64,000 nucleotides of DNA, taken from the NCBI GenBank assembly GCA_047495785.1, contig JBLDXI010000009.1:4278001-4342000 (forward strand). Direction: 5' to 3'. Positions 29,159 through 43,178 of the stretch are shown here, piece after piece; position 1 is the first letter of the stretch, and every line of letters begins with the position of its first letter. The notes under the pieces are model-generated. The model made no database searches, was not told the origin of the DNA, and was given only the letters and a program-made list of their open reading frames with translations. Both the position numbers and the translations under genes were made by a program. The DNA is from Lepidodermella squamata (Eukaryota > Animalia > Gastrotricha).

Positions 29159-29535
29159 GCGTCCCCCACAGAGCAGCAGGCTTCAAAGCAGGGTAAACGC
29201 TCTATACAGTCCTCCCAGCAGGCGCTCAGGCTTAGCCTCTGATTTTCAACCAATGGACTAACATGATGGTCAGCCATTCTAGCTTTTCATACCAAAAATT
29301 GAGGAGCATAAGTCATGGAAACTCCGTAATGTAGCTCAGACCTCAGTTTGGTCGAAAAAGTCGTTTTTCGAAAAATTTTCAAAATTCATAAGCGGGGCTC
29401 TTAAAGATATGATGGGTCCACATTCAGAAAATTACGCAGAATTTTATCGTAATTAATTCGATTTATTGTTGCGTGGCGTTTGCACCGCTTTTTGAGTTTA
29501 TCCTGCTTTGAAGCCTGCTGCTCTGTGGGGGACCC
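29159..29535. mobile_element. Mutator-like MITE with 9-bp TSD
   Basis: ~40-bp TIRs GTCCCCCACAGAGCAGCAGGCTTCAAAGCAGG.TAAAC; TSD CTTTTCCAT at 29150-29158 and 29536-29544. Confidence 0.88.
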
Positions 29536-29880
29536 CTTTTCCATATTTTCAAATAATTACAGAAAAAAATGACGACTCGGATCACGTATAAATCTATCTA
29601 CATGAAGTTCTGCCGGCTCAGGGGTAAAATAGGGTGTATAAATGGGCTAGGGAAAATTCGAACTCGGGAAAATCTTAATGAAAATTTCATTTAAAGCCGA
29701 GATCGTTTTTATCGCGGAGGTTCGCGGTGGGCTATTTTAAAATCTGTCGAAATCTAAGAAGATGAAACTTTTATCTTCACTGGGACTGAACGTTTGTACA
29801 ATTTCGGAAAATGAGGAAGCCAAAAATTGCCGAATCGATACTCGCTTATCATTTTGGATTAGAAAATGTTGACATTTTAT

Positions 29881-30892
29881 TCACGATTTATTACGCCGGC
29901 ATATCCTCAAAGCAATACGGCGTATGGTGTAGTTGATAAACATTTCCAGTTGTTCGAAAATTATTGACACGAAAGCCATGCCAGTAAATGCTGTAACTGA
30001 AGTGAAGACTCGATAAAGCGCTAGTTTCCACCCTTGGTCCACAACATCATTTATGCGTTGCCCGGCAACATAATCTCCAAACCCTGCGTTTATAAGGAAA
30101 TGAGCTTCAGTTAGTGTAGAGTTTCCGATGATCTTACCTATTGTTGAAGCGGTGATGAAAGAATAGTAGAGACTCGTAGGATAGGACCACATTTCAGCGT
30201 AAAAAATAATGGTGGTTGTAAAAAGGCAGTAAGCTGTATATATCAGCCCAAATAAGATGTAAGTTAAAACCCAGCAGCGAAAAATTAGCTTATTGCTGGT
30301 CTCAGGCGTTTCTTCGCTGTATACTCCACATTTTTTGAAACGAGATAACAGTGCTGAGTGAAGAACTTTGGCGTGGGCGTAAATCGACTCACGTATTCGG
30401 CTAATCACATTCCAACATATTGGTATGCCGAATGTTGCATAAATCGCACAAAATGCTCGACCTATATCAGTCTGTGGACAAAAGTTGCCGTAGCCGATAG
30501 TGGAAATTACAGTCTACAACGAAAAATTCTGGAATGGGAAGATTTCAGGATTGAAGGCTTACTATGCAGAAGAGGAGTGCGCCTGCAAGCTCCCATTTCG
30601 ACTCGCCTTGGGTTTCATTCTTGATCCGAGAACAATCCACAATTTCAGCCAATTTCAACGTTTCAGCCTTGGTTAGAGCAGAATTATGGCTCGAATTGGC
30701 TGCATATAGGATAATAGGTCTTTCGAGGCTGATATTGCTGCATTTCGCTAGTTTATCGCTAAGAATTCTAGATTCATTCGGCCGCTCGATTATGTGAAAT
30801 ATCGCCATGCCGAAGACGAGCCATATAATTATTAATCCGTAGCTCAGAATAATACAGAATCGCAACTCGGATAGGGTAGGCGAATCAACCAT
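29881..30892 (-). CDS. K2P potassium channel 4 (~302 aa; recent paralog of gene 3)
   Basis: Exons 30892-30563, 30513-30138, 30083-29881; STIGYGN / TIG|FGDYVAG; exon 1 is nearly identical to that of gene 3. Confidence 0.92.
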
Positions 30893-33222
30893 TAATTATC
30901 CAGAATGACCTATGAATATGTGTAAGTGAAGAATTGTTTATCAGCGAATATGCTCGTGGAAATGTTGAAATGACATACAGCAGGCGTTTAATCGAGCAAA
31001 CATATGTCTTATCACGCCGAAAAACGATTCAAAATTACAGTCAATGTTGCATTTAATGCTGAATATTAACTTGGCTTCTCAAGTTATTCTAACGAGAATA
31101 AGTTCACATTATGGCTTTATAAAATTCATTTTAATCTAGTTTTTTTCTTTCAGAAATGCAGGGTTCGTAAATGCATTGAAACAAGATATTTTAAAGAGCC
31201 TACACGAAATAATCAGCAATTTAAAACTCGGGGGTCGAACATGTAGACCTGCCGGTAACAAAAAATCAAATTTCCGCTAATGCTCTCGCTACGTTCGCGC
31301 TTGATATTTATACTTTACTTGCCCTCCAGTTTTACGGAGTGACGCCGCATTCCCTTGAAAACTACAAAATCCCTCATCAAGTTTGGCGCAGTGCCAATTA
31401 TCGAAGGGGGAGAATGCTATAGCGAAAAGTGGTTATAATTGCGAGTATCAATTTTTACAATATTTATTCGAGAATTTCGATATCACTGGCGCAGCTTTCA
31501 TCGTCAGTGATGTCTTTAGGGCTCCAGGGCCAGTTCGTCATCTGGCAGATAACTATTTGCCAGGCGACATAAGCTTTATAAATCTCTATAGGCCGTAGGA
31601 ATCTTCGCTTGGCTTCAAAATGATACCATAGTTGCAGAGGATGCGCATCGCTATGAAAATAGCGAGAGCCTGTGCCAATACAGCGTTTTTCACACCTTCT
31701 TTGAAAAGTGGGAATTGCAAATCCATTATTGGTATGTCATTGTCCCCCAGGGATACTTACATGCCAGATCGCTTCTCGTATAACGGCACTGCCACAGTTT
31801 GCAAGGGAATATGGTACAAGTGAATGATTAAGAGGGCTGTGATCAAAAGAGTAATCGATTTTCCCTCAATTTATTTATTGCTTACGCTAATTTAAACCGC
31901 TCGCGCTAAGTTGCTTGCGCAGCAAAAATACTGTCATTTTTTGCTGATATTTGCGTATTTGTAATAATGTATATCTCTTAAGCTATGTGCGTCAGTTGAG
32001 TCATTTTCTTCATTCGACTTATCCGTTTCTTAATTTTGGCATTGCGCTCGCAGGTGAAACACTGCCTTTCCAGTCTGCGTAACCGATGGCCTCGGAGCGA
32101 AGCTCCAATGTTTCGTTGGCAATGGAAAGCTAGTTTCGCGAGATAAAAATCGTGATATGCAACCTACAAAAGTTAACTGAATTTTCTATGCGCCAATAGC
32201 GCATTTTTTGGCCACAAAATACCTCTATGCTGATATCTTCCTATTGTAACTAAACAGGATTACAAATTGACACTCTCGCGCCTTGTTTCGCAAAAGTTTT
32301 AGCGCCTCGTAAATGCTGCCAATTCAATTTGTCATCAAATGATCTCGAGCTTCTTATCCAGTGGAAGGGCTATTTGGTGCCAGTAAGAAGGTAAAATAAG
32401 TACGATCACAGCTCTCTATTAGTAGCGTAATTTTAACATTGTGTTCAATAATGCTTCGCCGATTATAGGGTAAGCTCGATGTAATTCTAGTTCCTAGTCT
32501 TGTAACTTGTAACTGATACTGTGATACTGTGATAACTGATATCGAGCGCCTTCTTTTACTGTGCCCGAGCATTTCCTCCCTTCAAACCTGAATATTGGCA
32601 TTAGTCGTCTCCAGTTCGTTTCGTCTCCAGTATAATGAGAAAAACGCCCTTCAAAATGCCTTGATATTCCTTTAAACAACAATGTGTCCGGAATCGTTAA
32701 TAAAAACCGTAAAAAATGCTATTGCTTTTATAGCGGACGGTCTCACACCAAGCGAAACAAGCTTAGCGGTATTTCGCCAAATTATGGCCAAAAAGTGTCT
32801 TAAATCTTATCAAAATTACGCAAAATCCACAGGAAATCCGCCCGATTACCCAATGGGCTTCTCGTGCTGCGTAGAGACAGCACCGCCTTATCAATAAATA
32901 ATATTGCTCTCCTTTCACGCGATGTGACTACAGCACTGCTGTAACTGCACAAGGTCGGATCCAAGGCCACATTTAATCATCGAGGGATTCAAGTTTTTTG
33001 CCTGATACAGATGCATAGCTCTCAGTCTGAAATCGATCTGCGTTAAGGAGGGCGTGTAGATAGCGGGGATGCAGTTATCGGGCAACACTGTGACAAATTA
33101 GTATTTCAACATATAGGTATCGAAATTCTTTCCCAAGAACCGACAACTCTCAAACACAAAAAATCGACATCAGACCTCACATCAACTAATGGTATCATGC
33201 TGTTTAATTTAAATGCGTTCCT

Positions 33223-34465
33223 TCAGCATCCTGAAGTTTTCTGTTCTTCAAAAGATGTTTTTTCGATTGCTGCTACTCTGATTCTTTTCGCAGACTGGTA
33301 AAGCCATTTGGCGATTGTGCCAACCATATTGCTTAAGCGAGTTTCAAGGGCTATGATGATGATGGAGGTATAGGACATGCCCATGAAAATGAATACTGAC
33401 AGGAAATTTCTGTACAGAGCAAATTTGTAGTAGCTCGTGAACAGCTTATTCATATCTTGGCCAGCAACCATATCTCCGAAGCCTAAATTAAAAAACACAG
33501 CGTTTCCTAGCTTAGTTAGGCTCATGGAAGCTTACCAACTGTCAAAACTGTGATAAAGGTGTAATAGAAAGCTTCGATGAAGTTCCACCCTTCGATGAAG
33601 ATAATGAAACCAGCTGCTCCGAAAATGAAGCCGAAGTAAGCCAGAAGTAGAATGGCACAGGTTAGAATCCAGGCGCGAGTTTCGATTTTCAACTGCAGCT
33701 CGTGCGCCCTTTCCGAATTGCTAGACAAATCATACAGTTGCAAGTTTAACCAGGCTGAAATATCTTCCTTTGATCTTCGTGCAATAGCAAAGTTGAAAAG
33801 TTGTATCAAAGCTCGATGCATCCTCCAGGCAAAATGGTATGTTAATTTTCTAAGCCTCGTGACAGCATTGAAGCAAATAGGAATTCCGATAATTGCATAT
33901 AGGACGCATAGAATCCTCCCTGTATCTGTTGCTGGATACAGATTTCCATAGCCAATTGTTGTCACTAGAGTCTGATATTGATGATATGTTCAAAGATCAA
34001 AACAAGAAATCTTTTTATACTTACAACGCTGAAGTACAAGGAACCGGCTAAATCCCACTTTGAGGTTAATTCGGAGCTACCCAGCTCTCCAACCGTACAA
34101 TTAGGGACTAGCCTAATCACGGTTCTTTGAAAATCGACCTTCAAATACGTTGATGTCTCATTTGTGAAGGTTTTCAGCGATATCAATTGCAAGTTTCTCA
34201 CGTCGCCAAATTTGTAAGCTGCGGCCAGGTCGAGAATCGTTGTCTCAACTGTGTCGTTATCATATTGAATCACCTTAGGGCAACTTTGGTTTTGAGACTT
34301 CCTGGAGATTAAATCCATAGCCCGCTGAATTTCGGCCGGGTGTTCGATGTAATGGAACGTGACCATCCCGAGGATGAGCCAAACAGATAGGAACACATAG
34401 CTGAGGGCTGCCCCTATACGTGCCTCGCCAATGTTAGGCTCCTTTTCAACAATAGGGGATGTCAT
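33223..34465 (-). CDS. K2P potassium channel 5 (~378 aa; closest to gene 2)
   Basis: Exons 34465-34025, 33971-33536, 33482-33223; TTIGYGN / TVG|FGDMVAG. Confidence 0.92.
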
Positions 34466-34667
34466 ATTAATTTCGGGGAAAAACGGGAGTGGACAGTATA
34501 TAATTGAAAAGCAGGACTGCTTTCTCAAACAGCTTTCCGATCGGCGTCAAGATTTCGGTAGCTACAGCGATAGCTAATAACATGTTTGCTCATTCAATAT
34601 TGAGAATGACTGGTTACATTTATTTATTCACCAAAAAATCGGGTCAGAAAAGTAATAATGTTTTTTC

Positions 34668-35696
34668 CTACTTCCCGCCTCTGCAAATCAACTTTACTAT
34701 ACGCGCTATTAGTTTGCTAATCAACTTTTGTATTTGCTCTAGAACAATGGAGGCGATTGCCATACCGGTGAAAATATTGACTGATAGAAAAATCCGGTAA
34801 AGCGACATCTTCCACCTGGCATCCAAGACTTCGTTCATCACTCGCCCGGCTATGAAGTCACCAAAACCTGAAAATATCCGACATTTGATTTGATTTCTCT
34901 CAGGGGTAACGACTCACCTATAGTTGTTAGTGTGACAAAAGTGAAATAAAGACTCGGGAAATATTCCCAACTTTCGACTCCTTTGATAATCGCTGTTGAC
35001 CCAAGGACATAGGTTACGTATAGCACTGTAAGTAGGAAGTAAGCTGCGATCAAACATCGGAGATTTAGCGAATTCGAAGCCGAATCTTTGCCTCCCACTA
35101 CTTCTGTTTTCACCACGAATCTTCGGTACAAAGAGGCTTGCAAGCGCTTTGCGATCGCATGGATAACTTTTCGAGTCAGACTTATAACATGCCAGCATAA
35201 AGGGATTCCAATGATTCCATATAGGATGCAACATGCTCTCCCAGCCACTGTTTGAGGTGAGAGATCTCCGTATCCTATCGTAGTTACAACTGCCTGAAAA
35301 AACGACAATTATTTTCAATATCAAATCAGCAGTACTTGAAAAACAAACGACGCTGAAGAAAAGCGACCCGGGCAAGTCCCATCTCGACAAATTTTTCTTT
35401 ACATCAATTCGAAGAAGGGAGCAAGATATCAAGTTTGAAATATTGCCTGCTGTCGCATTACGATTGATCCGACTCTCCTCCATCGAGTACTCGACATTGC
35501 TCATTTCTATCTTGTCCAAACTTCTGACGCTAGTCTTGAGGCTAGTGTGATTGAAACACTTGGCTAGCCACTTATCAGGTGGATTTTGCTCGCATGGAAA
35601 TTCAATGAGATAGAAAGCCACCATCCCAATTACAATCCATGCAGCAAGAATCAAATAGCTTATGAAAAATGAAAGTTTCAGCTCTTTTCCTGACAT
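34668..35696 (-). CDS. K2P potassium channel 6 (~307 aa)
   Basis: Exons 35696-35349, 35293-34918, 34867-34668; TTIGYGD / TIG|FGDFIAG. Confidence 0.9.
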
Positions 35697-35789
35697 TTGT
35701 GGCGAAAAAAGCAAACTGTGCCCGACTTTGAATTTGATAACTGGCAGCGAAAGTACTCACTTTCGCGTGACTTCCTTCCTGGTCTTTAT

Positions 35790-36797
35790 TTATTTCTTAT
35801 TGCGTCGGCATATAGCGAACACCATGCGACTTATTAAGAAAGAGATCGATCTTTCTAATTGATCGAAAGCTATTGATGCCAGGGCCATGCCTACGAATAC
35901 GTTGATTGAGATGAACACGCGATAAAGGGCCAACTTCAATGATGTGTCAATGGATTCAGTTATATTTCTACCAGCAATGAAGTCACCAAATCCTGTGAAA
36001 ATTACTTGGTTTAAATTGGTCTCGTAAATTGGTCATAAGCAATTTTACCTATGGTTGAGATTGAGATGAAAGAGAAGTAAAGACTTGTTGTATAAGGCCA
36101 ACACTCCGCATAATGGATGATTGCTGAAGTTGCCAGGACGTAGCCAGCGTACAACGTAACAAGGATGATATAAGTCAAAACCCAACAAATGAGGACCCTT
36201 TTGTCGATTTGACTAGCACCCGTAATATCTTGAACGACCGTTTTTTTGCAACAAGGTACATCTAGGAGCTTCGAATGCAGTTTCTCCGCATGGAAGTAGA
36301 CCGACGATCGGATACGATTCATTACATTCAAGCAGATTGGTATTCCAAAGAATGCGTAGACAACACAAAAAGCTCGACCAGCCTCAGTTTGGGGCGCAGA
36401 GTTGCCGTAGCCTATGGTTGATACTACCGTCTAGGAAAGAATCACTAAAATTACACGGAAATTTCCAAAAACTAATGTGGCTTGCAATGCAAAAGAAGAG
36501 TGCCCCAGCCAGTTCCCATTTCGACTCTCCATTTGTTTCATTCCTGAACTGATAGCAATTGACTATATCTGGAATCTCAATCTCGGAAAGCGAAACATTT
36601 GACCGCAAAATTTTGTAGGACTTGGAGATGCTGAGGTTGTTGCATTTCTCGGAGACGTCACTGATCATTTTTGCTTCCGGGGGCTTCTCGATAAAATGAA
36701 AAATTATCATGCCGAAAGCGAGCCATATCAGGAGTAAGAAATAGCTCAGGATAATGCCAAAACGGTGCTCTGCAGCAGTCGGAACTTCCTGCGCCAT
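35790..36797 (-). CDS. K2P potassium channel 7 (~298 aa; GC-AG intron 1)
   Basis: Exons 36797-36486, 36430-36049, 35992-35790; STIGYGN / TIG|FGDFIAG; the first donor is GCAAGC. Confidence 0.87.
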
Positions 36798-37119
36798 GTT
36801 CCTGCCCTAAAAGAAAAATAGAAAGCCAGACATTGCTCAAGATTTCCTAATTTCTCAAGACTTCCTAGCCTTGAGCAAAACTCTAGAAATAATCAATTAT
36901 CCAGCTATACGAGTGGATTAGAAAGGTGTTAAACTATGTGGCGAGCTAAAACGCAGTTTCAGCATTGAAGTTTTAATTGAATGTAAATATCAGTCTATTT
37001 CGCGATGAATAGGCGTAAATTATCGCCTTTTGAGGGCGAGGTAGGTTTATTTACCGAGTTTATTGATAAAACAAACGATTGAAATGGAGATCATTACGCA
37101 TTTATCGCCGCGAAACAAT

Positions 37120-38211
37120 TCAGACCCTAGCTTCCCCTGGGGAGATATACACATCAGCATTTGCAGGTCTCTCATGAGACTTATGACGATCGACGATTAG
37201 TGAAACGAATCTCTTAACAACAAACGATATCAAATTTTCAACGTGGCTGAACATTATTGAAAGAAGAGCAATTCCGCAGTAAGTGTAGAGTCCAAGGTAC
37301 ATTTTGTATAAACCCAGCATGTGGATCGAATCAACTGCTGAAGTTAAAGTCTGTCCAGCAACCAAGTCGCCGAATCCTAGGAAATACAATGTAATAGAAA
37401 CAGATTTTTCAAATAAACGGCTCACCAATAGTTGATAGAGTGACAAAGTTGTAGTAGAGGGCTTGAAGGTAGCCCCAGCCCTCCACATACTGGATAAGGG
37501 CAGCCGTTACTGCTACAACACTCAAATAGCCTAGGCTTAAAGTAATACCGACAATTGTCCAAGTTTTCTTTTTCCATTTCGAATTACTGCCGATTCCTAT
37601 CCATTTTGAGGCAATCCACTTTTGGAATCTCTTCGCCGCGATGTTGACACTATCCCGTAACCGGCTGGTCGCATTCAGACATAGCGGTATGCCGATGGTC
37701 GCGTAAAGGACACACATTACTCGGCCTAGATTGGTAGCCGGGGCAAGAGTTCCATAGCCAATTGTAGTCACTACAGTCTGCAATTAACAAAATGAGTAAT
37801 CTCTCGCAAAACTTTCAAAAAAGCTAAAACCATGCTGAAAAATAGGGCTCCAACCCAGTCCCATTTTGAAGACTGATAGCCACCCACATCAATATCTGTA
37901 TTCACTACGGAAGTTGAATTTTTATAGGTAATATTGAGATAGACAGATGTCGCGTTGCGGAAGATCTCCATTGATTGAATAGAGATGAATTTGAGCAGTT
38001 GCTTCCCGCTAGGTTGATTGAAATAATCAGCTGGATAAACCGAACTTTCGATTGTTGCCATAGCGTTCTTCATTTTCGAGATGTTGGTTGCAACTTCATT
38101 AGGATGCTCAATAGCGTGGAAAATTACCATTCCAACCACAAGCCAGAAAAAGAGTAAACCGTAACTCAAAGTAACAGATAAGCGACTCTTTAAAAGCTCA
38201 GCCCTCTCCAT
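37120..38211 (-). CDS. K2P potassium channel 8 (~329 aa)
   Basis: Exons 38211-37831, 37777-37426, 37376-37120; TTIGYGT / TIG|FGDLVAG. Confidence 0.9.
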
Positions 38212-38361
38212 TCTGATATTAAAAGCGCAACTACAACTTCGCTTTGTTAAAATCAATGTGTTTCTCTAGTTACAGGAAACACACTAGTCCCCTGCGATTT
38301 AGCTTTATTGCATTATAAATGTTGTTTTAGTATTTTGGAGCAGTATCACAAATCAATCTCA

Positions 38362-39556
38362 TCATAAGCAGGCAGGCTCGAACTGCGGTTCGACTTGAGG
38401 CGGAGAAGCTCCTGGTTTTTCACCTGGCTGTGCGTTCTGACCTGGTTTCTTACAGCACTTCATCATCGGTTCGACAATTTTGTCCACCAGCATGCTGATC
38501 CACGTTTCAACGTGCGAGAAAATGATTGATAGCATGGCTATTCCAACGTATGTATAGGCTGATAGGTAAAATCGATATATGCCGAGCTTTCTCACGGTGT
38601 CAACTGCAGCGGTCATCGTTTGCCCAGCGACAAAGTCTCCAAAGCCTGGCGAACAAAACGTGTAGAAAATATCGGCTCTTATAATGTTATAGATAGAACA
38701 GACCTATTGTTGAAAAAGCAATGAAGGTATAATATATAGCAAGTCCATAGTTCCACGCCTCCACGTATTGGATGATAGCGGCGGTTCCGAATACCAAACC
38801 CAAGTAACTTGAAGCTAGAATAGATATTGTTAAGATCCACGCATTTCTGCTGCTTCTCTTAGAAAACTCCGTTTGATCGTTGACCTCTTGCTGCTTCTCC
38901 CGATTTCTGTGTTGAGTATATTTAGCCAATAGCCACAGTTGCATTTTCTTAGCACCGTGATTAACTGACTCCCTCAGACGTCCAGTTGCATTGGAACAAA
39001 GAGGAATTCCGATAATCGCGTAGAATACACACATTAGTCTGCCAGCCTGAGTTACAGGTGCTAACTTTCCAAATCCGATCGTGGTAACAACAGTCTAGGA
39101 AAAATGATATTACGTTTAATGGTGACTGTAATTGGGATTCAATATGTATGGTTATACCATGCTGAAAAACAGGGCACCCAGCCAGTCCCATTTGGAGACT
39201 GCGTCGTTCTCCCTCGGCTGTGTTTTATTCCCGTAAGAAATCGACATTTTTGCGTAATTGACGATCAGGTAAGTCGAGGTAGTGTTCGTGAAATAATCCA
39301 GCGCGTAAATGTTCACATTTCGCAAGATATCCATCGGAGGTCGTTGCTTGAATTGATTCATATCGAGAATCACTGTTTCCAACTTGTCGAGGCTCGAATC
39401 GCTCTGCTTCGCGTCTTCCTCACCCTTCTTATTCACCTCCATCTCGTTGGGATGCTCGCAGAGATAGAAAATGAACATTCCAACAACGAGCCATACTGCT
39501 AAAAGGCCGAAACAAACGGCTACTGAAGCACGCTCTTCGCAAGTTGTTTCAGTCAT
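38362..39556 (-). CDS. K2P potassium channel 9 (~357 aa)
   Basis: Exons 39556-39158, 39094-38704, 38645-38362; TTIGFGK / TIG|FGDFVAG. Confidence 0.92.
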
Positions 39557-40361
39557 CTTTCAGCCAGCGGAAATGCGATCCAATACCAAGTACAGGAAAT
39601 GTCAATAGATGGTAGATGTGTATGTTTTTCAAGTCACTGTGTCGAGCTTCGCACCTGGTGTAGGTAATTTAATGGAAATCAATATCAAGGCTCGGGGGGT
39701 TAAACGAAGACGTCAGCTAGGAATATTGAATAAATATGGCAACGTGGCACATTTCTTTCGACTCGCCTAATGTTGTCCGGTATCGTCATAAACTCTCGTG
39801 GAAAGGGAAGAATGAGCAATGTTAGAATTTCAGCAACGTTAGAAAATAATATTAGAGACAATTGGATGATATAGTCAAACCAAACTTCTCTGGCTAGAGA
39901 CCTCTGTATAATATTTGTGCAAAGATACTATACGTAGCTCTGATAGCCCGATAAAAGCATGAGAACGAACCCCTCAAAAGACTAACGACACAGGCGCAAA
40001 TGGGACTCAAGGATGTCAGAAGAGCCATCTCATACAGCAGCTGCAACGTGGGCAGTGTCAGGATTCCATTACAGCTGCAAAATGACAACTGCAGAAGGAT
40101 TACAGCAATGTCACTGGCGAAATTAAGGTTGAATGTTTTAAATCAATTCGAGGAGTTTTTCCACGAGGCTACATCAGTTCGAAAGAGGACTCTCACCTGT
40201 TTTCCTGACCTATCGCTCTTTGTCATGCAATTCAACGTTGGCAGATAACAGTTATACAAATTAGGGAATACTCTGGCCCATTTTATCATTTCAAAGTTTC
40301 ACTTTTTATTGTGTTATACCATGTTTTAGCAGTTCACAAGAGTATCAAAAAATTAATCTTA

Positions 40362-41567
40362 TCAAAAATAGACAGGCTCAATTTGCGTTTCGACATGGCT
40401 CGGTGAGGCCACTGGTTGATTTTCATCGGGTTGTGCGTTTTGAGCTGGCTTTCTACCGCATCTCATCATCGGTTTTACAATTTTATCCACCAGCATGCCG
40501 ATCAGAGTCTCAACGTGAGAAAAAATTATTGATAACATCGCTATTCCAACGTATGTATAAGCTGATAAGTAAAATTTATAAATGCTGAGCTTTCCAATCG
40601 TGTTAACTGCTGCTGTCATCGTTTGTCCTGCAACAAAGTCTCCAAAGCCTAGAACCAAAATGTGTCAAAAATTGACGAATCTAATATTTGTAGGTAAAAC
40701 GGACCTATTGTTGAAAAAGCGATGAAAGTATAGTATAAGGCATGGCCATAACTCCAAGTCTCAACGTATTGGATAATTCCCGCAGTTCCGAAAACCAGTA
40801 CCAAGTAGCTCAGAGCGAGAATAGAAATGGTGAAGATCCAAGCATTTCGGTTGTATTTATTAGGTGGCGAATCTTTGTTTCCAGGTTGATTGTTTCGGTT
40901 CTTAAATTGCAGGTATTTCGATAGAAACCATGCTTGCATCACTTTTGCTCCATGATTGACTGACTCTCTCAGACGTCCAGTAGCAGTGGAACATAGCGGA
41001 ATACCAACAAGTGCGTATATTACACACATCAGTCGGCCGATCATTGTTACGGGAGCCAAAGTTCCAAATCCGATTGTAGTAACCACAGTCTAGGAAATTG
41101 TGACATTTTAAATTTTGATAGGACAGTCCTTCAAAAAATTTAAAGCTTACCATACTGAAAAACAGAGCCCCGCTCCAGTCCCATTTCGAGACTATATAAA
41201 CAGTCTCATTCTCATTCTGCTGCGAAATTAGCATTTTCTTCACCTCGGAAAACGGCATTTTCACGTAATTGACAATTAGGTAAGTGGAGGTGGCATTTGT
41301 GAAGTAATCCATATTTAAAACGCTCACATTTTGCAGCATAGTCATCGGAGGTCGTTGCTTGAACTGATTCATATCGAAAATCACTGTCTCCAACTGGACT
41401 GGGGCCGGCTCTTTCTGTTTGGCTTCCTCCTCTGCCTTCTTGTTCATCTCCATCTCGTTGGGATGCTCACAAAGATAGAAAATGATCATTCCGACGAGGA
41501 GCCATGCCGCTAAAAGGCCATAACAAACTGCGACGGATACACGCTCTTCGCAAGTTGCTTCAGCCAT
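40362..41567 (-). CDS. K2P potassium channel 10 (~362 aa; paralog of gene 9)
   Basis: Exons 41567-41151, 41089-40705, 40648-40362; TTIGFGT / TIG|FGDFVAG. Confidence 0.92.
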
Positions 41568-42063
41568 ATTTCAGCCAGCTGAAATGCGATCCGATACTAA
41601 GTACAGGAAATTGCTATACATGTGTGAGCTGCATTCAAGTAACTACGTCGAGTTTCACACCTGTAGTGAAGTAATGTAAAGGAAATCAATAACGCATTAA
41701 TGCTGAAGTTTTAGCAAAGACGTAAGCTCAAAATATTCAATAGGGGTAACTGCTCATGCGTGTATTTTCCAAAAGAAAGACTTGACTCACCTCCCTTCCG
41801 ATGTCAGTGGATTTTTGTTTACTCAAGTCTTAAGTGGTGCCAAGAAGGAAGGAAGAATTAATTTATAACTGTAGCTTTGAAATTAGAGATAATTGTAGAG
41901 AAAGACGTCTGAATTCAATTGTCACGCAAAACAAATAAAACTGATGTGTAAGTACTGCATGCTTTATTCTAACTATTGAAGTTCTGCATTCATCATGAAG
42001 GTGACGGCGGTCATAAAAAACATACTGAAAAAAAACTTATTCATTAGTGTAAATGCATCGCGG

Positions 42064-43178
42064 CTATGCCGCTGTCTGCATTTCATCCGAGCTGTTTTTT
42101 CTTGCACCGACCTGATTTATCGGCTGCTGTTTCGAACATTTCATCATAGGTCTCACGATTTTGTTAACCAGTTGCGTTACCATGTTCTCAACGTGACCGA
42201 AGAGAATAGAAAACATGGCGATTCCAGCATAAGTATAGACTGACAGATAACATTTGTAGACGCTTAGTTTTCCAATAGTGTCAACAGCCGCAGTCATTTT
42301 CTGCCCAGCGACGAAATCTCCGAAGCCTGAAAGATGAATGCTGATTAGACTTTACTTCAAGTCTTCTGAAAAAACTTGCCTATTGTCGAAAATGCGATAA
42401 AGGTGTAGTAAAGAGAGTGGCCGTAGCTCCATGTCTCTATATAATGAATGATTCCAGCTGACCCAAGGATGAGTATAGCGTAACCAAGGCAAAGGACCGT
42501 TATTGTCACAGACCAAGCTTTCTTGTTCAAACTGGCGTCATTCTGATCGGGACTTTTTGTCAATTTTCTGAGAAACCATGACTGCATTCTTTGAGCACGA
42601 TCATTGACCGACTCCCGTAGCCTAGCTGTTGCGCTAGTGCATATAGGAATTCCGATTATTGCGTAGAAGAAGCACATGAGCTTTCCGATAATTGTAGCAG
42701 GCGCCAAAGTGCCAAATCCAATGGTCGTAACCACTGTCTAAAAGGTCAAAAGATATCAACAAATGAGGCTAATATGGATTCGGACTTATACCATGCTAAA
42801 AAATAAGGCACCACTCCAGTCCCACTGGGAAGTTTTGTAAACTGCGGGATCATTCTCGGTGTTCATCGTTCTTGAATAATTGACAATCAAATAGGTCGCA
42901 GTTACATTTGTAAAATAATCCATCACGGCAATGTCGATGTTTTGAAGCCTAGATCTAGACATGTGCTGCTCGAGTTGAGCGATATCAAAAGTTACCGTTT
43001 CTGTAGTGATTTGACTAGTCTGGCTGCTTTCTGACTGCGCCTTCTCAAGCTCGTAAGGATACTCGCAATAGTGGAAGACGATCATGCCGACAAGGAGCCA
43101 AATGGCGAGGAGAGCATATGAAACAACAACTGTTACTCGCCTTTCACACGGCGGCGGTCTAGTTTCGTCGTCACTCAT
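42064..43178 (-). CDS. K2P potassium channel 11 (~335 aa; GC-AG intron 2)
   Basis: Exons 43178-42792, 42737-42380, 42326-42064; TTIGFGT / TIG|FGDFVAG; the second donor is GCAAGT. Confidence 0.88.

Noticed and set aside
31380-32900. Short ORFs in the long gap between K2P genes 4 and 5
   Set aside because: No recognisable domain; multiple stops in all frames; possibly decayed repeat.
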